Origin: a plasmid
DNA length: 64,000 nt
Sequence record: NZ_CP081674.1
Reading direction: 5' to 3' (one strand)
Below the pieces are notes generated by a model. It saw only the letters and a program-made list of their open reading frames with translations. It ran no database searches and was not told where the DNA came from. Shown piece after piece: positions 17,804-26,460 of the stretch. Position 1 is the stretch's first letter; each line of letters starts with the position of its first letter. Made by a program: the position numbers and the translations under genes.

Positions 17804-18049
17804 ATGAGCGAGTGGAAGCTGAGGCATACCCGCCGGGGCTGGGTGGAGCCCGGGCCGCCGGAATATTGCCGCAACGGCCATCCGCTGAGGCCCGGTGCCT
17901 ATCAGGTCGGAAGCCAGGCGTGCCAGTGCGGGACTATCCATCGGGTATTCCACTGCGACGTATGCGCCGATCGGATGTACCGCAATCGGTGTCCGATCCG
18001 GGAAATGGTGAGAGTGGACCGGCGCTGTGAACTGGGAACTCTCATCTAG
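17804..18049 (+). CDS. small Cys/His-rich hypothetical protein
   Basis: CRNGHP...CQCGTIHRVFHCDVCADRMYRNRCP. Divergent from the HTH gene. Confidence 0.3.
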   Translation: MSEWKLRHTRRGWVEPGPPEYCRNGHPLRPGAYQVGSQACQCGTIHRVFHCDVCADRMYRNRCPIREMVRVDRRCELGTLI

Positions 18050-18079
18050 TCGCGGAAGACTCGACGCCATTTTTCCGTG

Positions 18080-18130
18080 AAGACATGAGAGTGCCGGAGA
18101 TAATCCGGAGAAACATGAGAGTGTCGGACA
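18080..18130. repeat. iteron-like direct repeats (ACATGAGAGTGYCGGA x2, 27-bp period) in a 560-bp non-coding region
   Basis: gacatgagagtgccgga at ~18084 and aacatgagagtgtcgga at ~18111. Confidence 0.5.
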
Positions 18131-18612
18131 CCCGAGCGCAGCCGCTACGGACCGCAGTGGTGGCGGCCTCGTTGAGCGCAGCCATCGTGCGAACGGCCCA
18201 TCCCCGCCCGATTGGTGCCCATCTCGTCGACGATCTCTAGTTCCGGACTCAATCCACGCCTGGTGTTGTTGCGCGGGCCGTTAGGGCTACACGACGCTGA
18301 ACTCTAGATGAGTTATCTGTAGGTCAGAGCGGGGGTGTACTCCACTGTCGCTGACGGTGGATTCTTGGTTGGTGCGGTCCGGGGGGGTACAGGCTTATCT
18401 GTAGGCATGTACTTGATGGTGTTTCAGTGATCGAACTTGGGCTGATCGTTTTCGCGCGTTGCCTCGGCGGGTGCGGCAGTAACAGACGGTCCACGGAGTG
18501 CAGGGAACGATCGAAGGGTGGGGGCGGCCATCGTCTTGTCGTTGGCCTGCCGGGCATCGCGAACTACCGAAACTTCGGTGCTGATGATCGACCCGGCGTC
18601 CCCGCTGCACGC

Positions 18613-19206
18613 TCAGGAGTGGTCAGCTTCGGAGCCGAGGAACCCTGCGAGGGCAGTCCGTAGCCGGGTTAGCTTGCGGCCGGTGTCGAACTCGATCAGG
18701 GCTGCCTCCGCCACCATGCCGACCCACAGTTGAGCGCTCTGGTGGGGATGTGGCCAACTCATCGCCTGAAAGTCCGGTTCGCACAGCGTCGCATTGGCAG
18801 CGTTGCGCGCGCGCACCTCATCGGCAATCGCCGGTTCGGCTCGAGCCTCAAGGAGCAGTGCTCGAACGCCACGCTCGCGCAGGCAGACGTTGAGGTAGGT
18901 GCTGGCGCTCAGCAGAAGGCGATCCACACCAGGTCTGTGGGTCTCGGTAGCGCTGATCGTGTCAGCCAAGATGCGGTCATGGAAGCCACGGTGAAGTGCA
19001 ACCAAGTAGCTTGCGCGGTCGCCGAAATGGTGGAAGAACGTTCCTTTCGATACACCGGCCTCGTCCACTACGCGGTTCACGCTCAGGCCCGACAGCCCTG
19101 ACTGCTCGGCAATGCGCAACCCAGCATCAACCAGTGACTGTCGGGTTCGCGCAGCGGTTTCTTGGCGCAGGGTCATCGCCGTGACATTACCGGTTGAGGG
19201 CGACAT
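18613..19206 (-). CDS. TetR-family transcriptional regulator
   Basis: N-terminal HTH LRIAEQSGLSGLSVNRVVDEAGVSKGTFFHHF. Confidence 0.8.
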   Translation of the reverse strand: MSPSTGNVTAMTLRQETAARTRQSLVDAGLRIAEQSGLSGLSVNRVVDEAGVSKGTFFHHFGDRASYLVALHRGFHDRILADTISATETHRPGVDRLLLSASTYLNVCLRERGVRALLLEARAEPAIADEVRARNAANATLCEPDFQAMSWPHPHQSAQLWVGMVAEAALIEFDTGRKLTRLRTALAGFLGSEADHS

Positions 19207-19232
19207 GGTTCAGTCGGAACCGTGACGTTCGA

Positions 19233-19670
19233 TCAGGTTGCCGGTGCCGATTCGGCGATGACGCTCGGCACGCTGGTCGAGATCGCTGGAGCAAGAGGGT
19301 GCGGGGGGTGAGCCAACGGCAGGTCCCCGCTGACGGTCCTTCGCCGCCCGGCGCGCCGTTGGCTGCGGCGTGCCAACATCTCGCCGTACATTTCCGATAC
19401 GTGAATCAGCCCGGTCAACTGATATGTGAGCCAACCTTTTGGCGTCGACGGCAGGTTTTTCTCGAATGCGATGTGGCCCAGGATGTTCACCGCCCAACCG
19501 GCGACGAACATCGACAACCCCGCCTTCGGTTTAGCGAATATGAGCGGCATCCCGAAGATGATCGTCGGGGCACCGATCAGGTGGGTGGCTTGCACACCTC
19601 GGCTCGTGTGCTGGGTGCGGTAGAAGGCGAGCTTTTCAGCAAATGGGGCCTCTGGTGGCGGAGCGTCCAT
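19233..19670 (-). CDS. DUF962-like membrane protein (Mpo1-like)
   Basis: FYRTQHTSRGVQATHLIGAPTIIFGMPLIF motif pattern. Sits upstream of tetR in the same operon. Confidence 0.5.
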   Translation of the reverse strand: MDAPPPEAPFAEKLAFYRTQHTSRGVQATHLIGAPTIIFGMPLIFAKPKAGLSMFVAGWAVNILGHIAFEKNLPSTPKGWLTYQLTGLIHVSEMYGEMLARRSQRRAGRRRTVSGDLPLAHPPHPLAPAISTSVPSVIAESAPAT

Positions 19671-19710
19671 GAAAGTTCCTTCTCGTTGGCAATAATCTCA
19701 ACCTTACCAA

Positions 19711-19730
19711 TTGACCGACCAGTCGGTCAA
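19711..19730. promoter_or_regulatory. palindromic operator TTGACCGAC-CA-GTCGGTCAA upstream of the DUF962-tetR operon
   Basis: 9-bp inverted arms. Near-identical copies at 30212..30230 and 31302..31320. Confidence 0.55.
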
Positions 19731-20149
19731 TAGAGTTTTCGTATCGTCGTGCCTATGAGGCGAGCACCGCGCGGTGAACAAAGTCCTCGATCAGATCTGC
19801 GATCATCGTCGCGCCGCGAGTGTTCTGATGGATGAAATCGGCGGTGAGGACGAGGCCTCGGCTCCGGCCGATGCTGTCATAGGAACGACGCAGAATCCGG
19901 TGCTGGAGGACTGAGGTGTACCGATATCTCTAGGTGGTGCAAAGGTATCCACGACATACACGACGACTGCTGGTTCGGAGCGCAAGCGCCTGTCGTGAAC
20001 GAGTTATCTACAGCTGATCCGTGACGACGGCGGCCTGCGTCATTGGTGCGCGCCAGCGAGGATGCGAAGTACTCGCCGTTGTCGACGCCGACTGGGTCAA
20101 CGATCACATTCGACGGCTCCACGAGGGCGAGGCAATGTAACCAGAGCGA

Positions 20150-20491
20150 TCAGGTCTGGACGTTCTCCGAGGCCGCCGCGCTGCTCGGCGTGGTCAGGCC
20201 GAGCTCGTGAGCACGTTGCCAGGCTGCGGCTAGATTGGCTGCCCGGCTGTCGGCGGACACCTCGCACAGGAACTGGCTGCATTCTTTCTTGTTGATCTGC
20301 CACCGTAGTTCGGCGTATAGACGCAGGTAGCGGCGTCGGAGGATCACTCGCCCGAGGGCACCGCAGTCCTGGATGACGCGACAAGCTCGACCACCTGCGG
20401 CCTGGTCTTGTTCGAGTGCTTGGGATTGTTTGGTCCAGTAGGGGTGGACCCGCCACTGGGTGTCGCGGACGGGAGTCTTGTTCCAGCCCAC
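20150..20491 (-). CDS. hypothetical protein (113 aa) downstream of the ImmA/IrrE regulator
   Basis: ORF with protein-like composition. A degraded second copy of this DNA lies at ~33950..34200. Confidence 0.4.
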   Translation of the reverse strand: MGWNKTPVRDTQWRVHPYWTKQSQALEQDQAAGGRACRVIQDCGALGRVILRRRYLRLYAELRWQINKKECSQFLCEVSADSRAANLAAAWQRAHELGLTTPSSAAASENVQT

Positions 20492-20509
20492 GTTCGAACC
20501 TCGGCGTCT

Positions 20510-21607
20510 TTACACCATGGTGAGGTGTCGGGTGACGGGTTGATCGCTGGCGGTGCGAAATAGGTCAGCGCGTTGTGTGCTTGTGAGCAGGGTGATTTCG
20601 TCGAGTTCGGCGTTGGTGTATCCGGCCGCCAGGAGTTGTTCGAGCACTGAGCTGGTGAGTTTGGGTTGTTCGGCGGCGACGCCGGCCCGGTTCCCGTACA
20701 TGCGGCCGGTCTCGTTGAGTAGCCGGAACATGGATCGGTACTGATAGTCGGAGAGGATGCCGCGTTCGCGGGCACGCATGACCAGTGACGACACGCTCAC
20801 ACCCCAGGTCAGGCGCAGCTCGTCGAGTTCGTGGACGGTGCGAATGGAGACCCGGTCCAGGTCGAACGCGATGTCATCGATGGGCGCCAGGAATTCGGCG
20901 GCGAAGGCGGTGGCTCGGCGTTCGGTCTCTGTTGGGCTGACCAGGGTCATCGCGTCCATCACGAGGTGGCCGAGTTCGTGGGCGAGGGTCATCCGCATGC
21001 GGTCGGGAGGCAGGGCTGCGTTGACGTACACCAGATGCGGATGGTGCTGGTTTGCCCGCAGGGTTACGGCGTCGATCTCGCGGTCGGCGAAGTCTTCGAG
21101 GATAACGAAAACTCCTGCGGCTTCCAGTAATTCGGCCATGGAACGGATCGGGCCGGCCACCCGCCAGAGGCGCCGCAGTACCTGCGCGGCGGTGATTTCG
21201 CCGTGCTCGGCGGCGTAGTCAGCGGGGTCGAGTTCGGGGAGCGCGAGCAGAGGTTCGATGTCCGCACGCGCTTCGATGCGCCCGAGCCGCATCGCGATGA
21301 GGTTCGCTCGCGCCCACACGCGGTCACGTTTCCACTCCGCGGTGCTGGCATTGGCGCGGAAGTGGGTGCCTTCGGCCGGCGACCGGGTGAACGGGACGCA
21401 CAACGCCTCGGGTGGGCACTGCAGGACTCGCGCGTAATCGAGCAGGGCTTTCCCGGCCAGAGGCAGGACACCGGATTCGACCTTGCTTACGTGTGACGCC
21501 GATACACCGACCTGGTCGGCCAACTTCTTCTTCGACCATCCGCAGGCGAGTCTGGTCAGCTGCACCATCACGTTGTTCGCCTCAGCGTAGGGCTCCGGTG
21601 CCGTCAC
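20510..21607 (-). CDS. XRE-HTH and ImmA/IrrE family metallopeptidase fusion regulator
   Basis: N-terminal HTH (KKKLADQVGVSASHVSKVESG) and an HEXXH zinc motif (LAHELGHLVMD). Confidence 0.8.
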   Translation of the reverse strand: MTAPEPYAEANNVMVQLTRLACGWSKKKLADQVGVSASHVSKVESGVLPLAGKALLDYARVLQCPPEALCVPFTRSPAEGTHFRANASTAEWKRDRVWARANLIAMRLGRIEARADIEPLLALPELDPADYAAEHGEITAAQVLRRLWRVAGPIRSMAELLEAAGVFVILEDFADREIDAVTLRANQHHPHLVYVNAALPPDRMRMTLAHELGHLVMDAMTLVSPTETERRATAFAAEFLAPIDDIAFDLDRVSIRTVHELDELRLTWGVSVSSLVMRARERGILSDYQYRSMFRLLNETGRMYGNRAGVAAEQPKLTSSVLEQLLAAGYTNAELDEITLLTSTQRADLFRTASDQPVTRHLTMV

Positions 21608-21875
21608 AGATCAACTCCCCATCCGTCTCGGTGCTCGTGTCTGGACACTAACCCTCCGTCGAGCCGGAGCTCTGCAGAAACACCGTGTGATCTGCGTCTT
21701 TCTCGATTCTGTGGCTGTCCGGCCTGCGACAAGAGTGGCTGGTGTGACTCAGAACTCACCGTAGCGGTGATCTCGCCACCGATATGCACGTGTGCTGGTA
21801 CGGCGTGGCGCACGCGACAAACCTTACCACGGTCAGCACGATTCTGGGCAAGATTTTCAATCGAAAGGTGCAGTC

Positions 21876-22604
21876 GTGACGGCGCTCTTTGAGGATTCCG
21901 AGCCGCGGGACCGCGCGGTGTCGCGTAAGGAGGCGACCCGCTTGCTGCGGCAGGTCACTACCGGGGTCGCAGCGCTGCTCCTTGCCGCTGTCGATGACTG
22001 GAATGCCCTGTCCGAGCGGCACGCTGCGCACCTGCGCACCGAGTTGCACGGGCTGCTCCGGGGTTCGCATGTCGCCGGTCTCACTGCGGCAAGCACTGCG
22101 GTGTGGCTGGGCACGCAGGGCATGCACCCGCCTGGTCATATCGTGTCGAAACCGCATCGGTGGCCGATGATCAGCAGCCACGGCAAGACCTACATGGCCA
22201 TCCACCACTACGAGATGGAACCGACCAATGCGCGACGCACCGCGTTCTGCAACCAGGACTCCGAAACCTTGCGGCTCATCGATGCCGAAACCTCGTCTCT
22301 GATAGGCAATCCCACGCATTGCGAATTGACGTGGGACTACGACCCTTACACCGATGCGCACATCCGCCGGATCTGGGTCAGCGCCCCCAGCGTCGACTGG
22401 GCCAGATTCGAAGTTCCCATGGCCAAAGCCCAAGCCCAGCTCGCGTCCTGGCGCAAGCGCAAGATGAAGTGGCTGCCAGGAGAGCTGCCCGCCGACATGC
22501 ACGCGGTGGCACCGTTGCCGGCCCGCGACGCACAGGAGCGCCTCCAGCCAGGCATCGAGATTCAGCCGCCGCAGCGCTCGAAGGACGCCGGGGACGCCCA
22601 GTGA
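21876..22604 (+). CDS. hypothetical protein upstream of the recombinase trio
   Basis: GTG start with gaaagg RBS. The stop overlaps the tnpA-like GTG (GTGA). Confidence 0.45.
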   Translation: MTALFEDSEPRDRAVSRKEATRLLRQVTTGVAALLLAAVDDWNALSERHAAHLRTELHGLLRGSHVAGLTAASTAVWLGTQGMHPPGHIVSKPHRWPMISSHGKTYMAIHHYEMEPTNARRTAFCNQDSETLRLIDAETSSLIGNPTHCELTWDYDPYTDAHIRRIWVSAPSVDWARFEVPMAKAQAQLASWRKRKMKWLPGELPADMHAVAPLPARDAQERLQPGIEIQPPQRSKDAGDAQ

Positions 22605-23713
22605 GGGCGGCGCCGGTGACCGTGCACGGGCAACCGTCGTGGACGGTGGTCGACGATCATGGGTTGCCGATCGCAGAGGTCGAGCAGTTCCTGCACTGGT
22701 TGCGGGCGGTGGGACGCTCACAGAACACCGTCCGGTCCTATGCACGGCATCTGAGCTTGTTCTACCGGTGGCTCTCGGCACGCGGAATCGCTTGGGATGC
22801 CGTCGTCTTCGACGGGTTGTGCGACTTTGTCGGGGCGCTGTCAGTGGGATTGCCGCCGCTGCAAACCTGGCGTAACGGCCGATCACCAGCAACGGTGAAA
22901 GCAGTCAGCGCGGGCATCCGAGAGTTCTACGAGTTCCACCGGGTCGAAGGCCGGGGACCGCTCGACTTGGTGCTGACCCGCAACCCGTCGAGGCTGCCGC
23001 GCCGATCGCACAGCTTCCTCGCACACGTCGAGCGGCGCCGCCCCAGCGAGGTGTCACGCTTGACGAGACCGGGCAAGGCTGCAGCGGAGACGGTGCAGGT
23101 GATCGACTTCGAGACCGACTTCACGCGGCTACTGGAGTCAGCGTCCACTGACCGGGACAGGCTGCTGCTCTCTGCCCTGTATGACCTGGGGCTGCGGGTG
23201 GGGCAAGCGTTGGGGCTGCGCCACGGTGACCTGGACCCGATGCGCCGACGAGTGCGGGTCTGCCGCCGGGAAGACAACCAGAACGGGGCCTTGTCCAAGC
23301 AGCGGGCGCAGTTCACCGTGGAGGCACCGCGGCGCTTTTTCGACCTGTACGCCGCATACCTGCTCGGCGAACTCGCCGATGTGGACAGCGATTACGTGTT
23401 CGTGAACCTGTCCCGGCGCCCGCGGGGTGGTCCGTTGTCGTACTCGAACGCCTACCAGCTGGTGGAGCGCATCGGCACCTCCGCCGGCGTCGACGACCTG
23501 CATCCCCACATGCTGCGTCACACCCACGCCACGGCGCTGGCGCGGGCCGGATGGACGGCCGCCGAGATCGCCGCCCGACTCGGCCAATCGCACGCCGCCA
23601 GCGCCGACGTGTACATCCACCTTGCCGGCGATGATCTGGCCGAGCGGCTGCGCCGTACCGAGCATCTGGTGTGGCGGGCACCGCAGAACAGGGCTGGCAA
23701 TGACACGCGGTGA
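22601..23713 (+). CDS. tyrosine recombinase (Tn554 TnpA-like)
   Basis: C-terminal HPHMLRHTHATALARAGWTAAEIAARLGQSHAASADVYIHL (R..H..R.H...Y box). Confidence 0.75.
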   Translation: MRAAPVTVHGQPSWTVVDDHGLPIAEVEQFLHWLRAVGRSQNTVRSYARHLSLFYRWLSARGIAWDAVVFDGLCDFVGALSVGLPPLQTWRNGRSPATVKAVSAGIREFYEFHRVEGRGPLDLVLTRNPSRLPRRSHSFLAHVERRRPSEVSRLTRPGKAAAETVQVIDFETDFTRLLESASTDRDRLLLSALYDLGLRVGQALGLRHGDLDPMRRRVRVCRREDNQNGALSKQRAQFTVEAPRRFFDLYAAYLLGELADVDSDYVFVNLSRRPRGGPLSYSNAYQLVERIGTSAGVDDLHPHMLRHTHATALARAGWTAAEIAARLGQSHAASADVYIHLAGDDLAERLRRTEHLVWRAPQNRAGNDTR

Positions 23714-25706
23714 GTCCCGGACCGAATCCCGCGGCGTGCGCTCCCATCCGACACTGCGGGTCCCCGACGGCCCATGGTGCCAGCCGACCTGGCAGGTGGT
23801 CGAGGTGGCAGGGGATCGCCGCAGGCAGGCCGTCGACCCATGCGCGGTCGACGGCTGCGACGGCCCCCAATACTGGCTGGGCGGCCCCCGCAGCAACTCC
23901 GCCGCCACGTCAGGACTGTGCTACGCGCACTACTTCCAATGGTTCCGCGCCGGCCAGCCGGCCGACTTCACGGCCTGGGCCCAGACCGGGTCGACACCGG
24001 TAGGGCCGCCACGCGGCCGCACTTGCACCCAAGTAGTCGACTTCCGTCGGTTCCCGCCGACGGCTGCCGACGAGGTCCGGTTCGTCGTGGCCACCAAGGT
24101 CGGGAGAGGCGACTGGACGCCCAACGCCAGCCTCCGCCGCGTCCTCATGGTGCTCGTCGATGCGGCCGACGGCCGGGTCACGGATTCGCTGACCGAACGG
24201 CCCGTGCACGATTGGCTTCTGCTCTGCCGACAGCACTGGCCGCATGCCAGCTCGTTCGACACGCTGTGCGCACCGTACATCCGGAGCTTCTTCCGCCTGC
24301 TCGACGGCGCCACCAACCCCGACGCGTGGACCAGCGATCATTGGCACTGGCGCGATCAATTCGAGTTCGTCCTCGACGCCACCCAATCGGGATCCACGCA
24401 CACCGCCGTCGACTGGTCATCGGTACCGGTGCCCTGGCTTAAGGTAGCCGTCAAAAAGCTTGCACGACAACAGCTCACCACCGCCACCCTGTCCTGGGGA
24501 ACCCTCACCCAATGGGTGCGCGCCACCCGCCAGCTGGCCCGATTCCTCACCACCGACGGCACGGTTCCCGATCCACCCTCGGTGACCCGTTCGCTGTTCC
24601 TTGACTACCTGGCCTGGACCCGCCGTAGCGACACCGACGCGGACGCCCGGTTGGCCAACACCGGCGCATACCTGCTGGAGTCGTTGCACGAGACCGGGCT
24701 CGTCTGCGACCTGGGCTCGGCGATGTTTCTGCGCCGCGGCGAGAACGTCCACCGCAAGACTCGCAACCCTCGCCCGTTCCCGCCGGACGTCGTCGAGCGC
24801 ATCGACACCCTGATCGTCGACAACCCCGAAACCGACCCGACACTGCGGGCGATGATTGCCACGACGCGATGGGCGGGCTGCCGAATCTCCGAACTGGTCG
24901 CCCTCCCGCTCGACTGCCTGCACCACTGCGACGGGGGCTACTGGATCGAGTACTGGATGACCAAAACCAACGCATGGCGCCGGTTTCCCATCCCAGACAC
25001 CTTGGCCACCGTCATCTTGGCGCAGCAGACCCGCGTTCGAGACACCTACGGCCCCGAGGCCACGCACCTGTTCCCCGGGGCGCGATCGAGCGCCGCCGTC
25101 GGACGCACACAGCCCTGGTCCACCAGCGGTCTGCGGCACCGTCTCTCAGTCCTTTTTCGCGAACATGGAATCATCTCGTCGGCGATCACCGGTGAGCCGA
25201 TCTCCGGAGGGGACGTCCACCGATTCCGGCACACCGTCGGGATGACCCTGCTCAACAACGGATGGACCCAACAGGAAGTGCGCGACTTCCTCGGGCATCA
25301 GAGCGACACCATGACCTCGACGTACGCTCGGATAACCGACGACACGCTGGCCCGCAAGGCACGCGAATTCTGGGACAACAAGCCCGAGAACCGGTCTGGG
25401 GGCGACGCGGGTGTTGAGCGGCTCCGCGCACGATTCGCCGCGGCCCTGCCCAACGGGTTCTGCACGCTGCCGTCGGCGCAACGCTGCGAGTTTCGGCCCA
25501 ACCCCTGCCTGGACTGCTCCTTCCACGACCCGGGCGGCCGGGTCTTCCTCGGCGCTCATATCGTTCACCGAGACCAACTGCAGCGCCTCACCGACGATGC
25601 TCGTGAACGCGGTGACACCGAAGCGGTCGAGCTGAACACGACCATGCTCGCCAAAGTCACCAAGCTGATCGCCGAACTCGACCCCGACAGCCCGGAACGC
25701 CCGTGA
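23700..25706 (+). CDS. large tyrosine recombinase (Tn554 TnpB-like, 668 aa)
   Basis: C-terminal HRFRHTVGMTLLNNGWTQQEVRDFLGHQSDTMTSTYARI. Overlaps tnpA-like by 14 nt. Confidence 0.75.
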   Translation: MTRGESRTESRGVRSHPTLRVPDGPWCQPTWQVVEVAGDRRRQAVDPCAVDGCDGPQYWLGGPRSNSAATSGLCYAHYFQWFRAGQPADFTAWAQTGSTPVGPPRGRTCTQVVDFRRFPPTAADEVRFVVATKVGRGDWTPNASLRRVLMVLVDAADGRVTDSLTERPVHDWLLLCRQHWPHASSFDTLCAPYIRSFFRLLDGATNPDAWTSDHWHWRDQFEFVLDATQSGSTHTAVDWSSVPVPWLKVAVKKLARQQLTTATLSWGTLTQWVRATRQLARFLTTDGTVPDPPSVTRSLFLDYLAWTRRSDTDADARLANTGAYLLESLHETGLVCDLGSAMFLRRGENVHRKTRNPRPFPPDVVERIDTLIVDNPETDPTLRAMIATTRWAGCRISELVALPLDCLHHCDGGYWIEYWMTKTNAWRRFPIPDTLATVILAQQTRVRDTYGPEATHLFPGARSSAAVGRTQPWSTSGLRHRLSVLFREHGIISSAITGEPISGGDVHRFRHTVGMTLLNNGWTQQEVRDFLGHQSDTMTSTYARITDDTLARKAREFWDNKPENRSGGDAGVERLRARFAAALPNGFCTLPSAQRCEFRPNPCLDCSFHDPGGRVFLGAHIVHRDQLQRLTDDARERGDTEAVELNTTMLAKVTKLIAELDPDSPERP

Positions 25707-26134
25707 CCACCGACGACCGCCAACAGCGGACTGCCCGCCTTACCGAAGCCGCCGCGGCCCGCACGGCTGACGCGACCGCCCGCGCCCGCCGGGCCATCAC
25801 CAAACTGCACGCCGCCGGGCAGCCGATCACATTCGTTTCCATCGCACGCACCGCGGGAGTATCGACCAGCTTCCTGTATCAGCACACCGACCTTCGGCGC
25901 GATATCAGCGAGCACCGTCGCCGAGCGACCGGCGACCTGCACACACCGAACCCTGCTGCGGCCACAGTCGAGTCGCTGCGCACCAAACTCCAAGTAGCCC
26001 TGCACCGCAACCGCGACCTCGCCGAAGAAGTTGCGGTGCTGCGTACCGAGAACGAGGCCCTCCGCAGCCGTGTCCTCGACCTCAACCACCGTCATACCTC
26101 CGCTCCCCGAGCGCGGCCCGCTACCGATGGCTGA
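25703..26134 (+). CDS. small HTH/coiled-coil protein (Tn554 TnpC-like)
   Basis: ATGA overlap with tnpB-like. 143 aa. ITFVSIARTAGVSTSFLYQH HTH-like segment plus a leucine-rich coiled coil. Confidence 0.55.
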   Translation: MTTDDRQQRTARLTEAAAARTADATARARRAITKLHAAGQPITFVSIARTAGVSTSFLYQHTDLRRDISEHRRRATGDLHTPNPAAATVESLRTKLQVALHRNRDLAEEVAVLRTENEALRSRVLDLNHRHTSAPRARPATDG

Positions 26135-26421
26135 GCGGGTGCTGACCGATAGAGCGTGACAGCCCCGCTACGGCTTAGCGCTCATGCAGATGGCACCACG
26201 GAATCTGGTTGCCCAGGCGGTTGCCGCCATCTGCGGCGGACCTGGCCACGCGGCACGGACTACCGCAGGTGGCCTGTCCGAACCGACCGGTGCTTGTTCG
26301 GAATCCGATGCCACAGATTCAACGAGAACGCCCCGGACCAAGCAACTCGTCGTTGACCACCGGGTCGACCTCCGGTTGACCATAGCCAGTCCTCGGCGAG
26401 GAGTGACTCTCACAAACGCAA

Positions 26422-26448
26422 TCAGCCCCCTGCATCGCAGGGGGCTGA
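26422..26448. terminator. bidirectional GC-rich hairpin between the convergent tnpC-like and secreted-protein genes
   Basis: tcagccccctg-catcg-cagggggctga, an 11-bp stem. Confidence 0.6.
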
Positions 26449-26460
26449 TCGGCCGTTGGG

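Larger units (their letters stand above)
22601..26134 (+). mobile_element. Tn554-family transposition module (tnpA-tnpB-tnpC-like, translationally coupled)
   Basis: Two tandem tyrosine recombinases (370 and 668 aa) plus a small third gene mirror the Tn554 tnpABC sizes and order. The element boundaries could not be determined. Confidence 0.5.

Noticed and set aside
22103-22600. Upstream 166-codon extension of the tnpA-like ORF
   Set aside because: The extension is Arg/Pro-rich off-frame sequence overlapping the real upstream gene. A GTG at 22601 overlapping that gene's stop (GTGA) fits the translational coupling seen throughout the trio.
23427-23699. Upstream extension of the tnpB-like ORF
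   Set aside because: It overlaps the catalytic C-terminus of tnpA in another frame. The ATG at 23700 gives the Tn554-like size.
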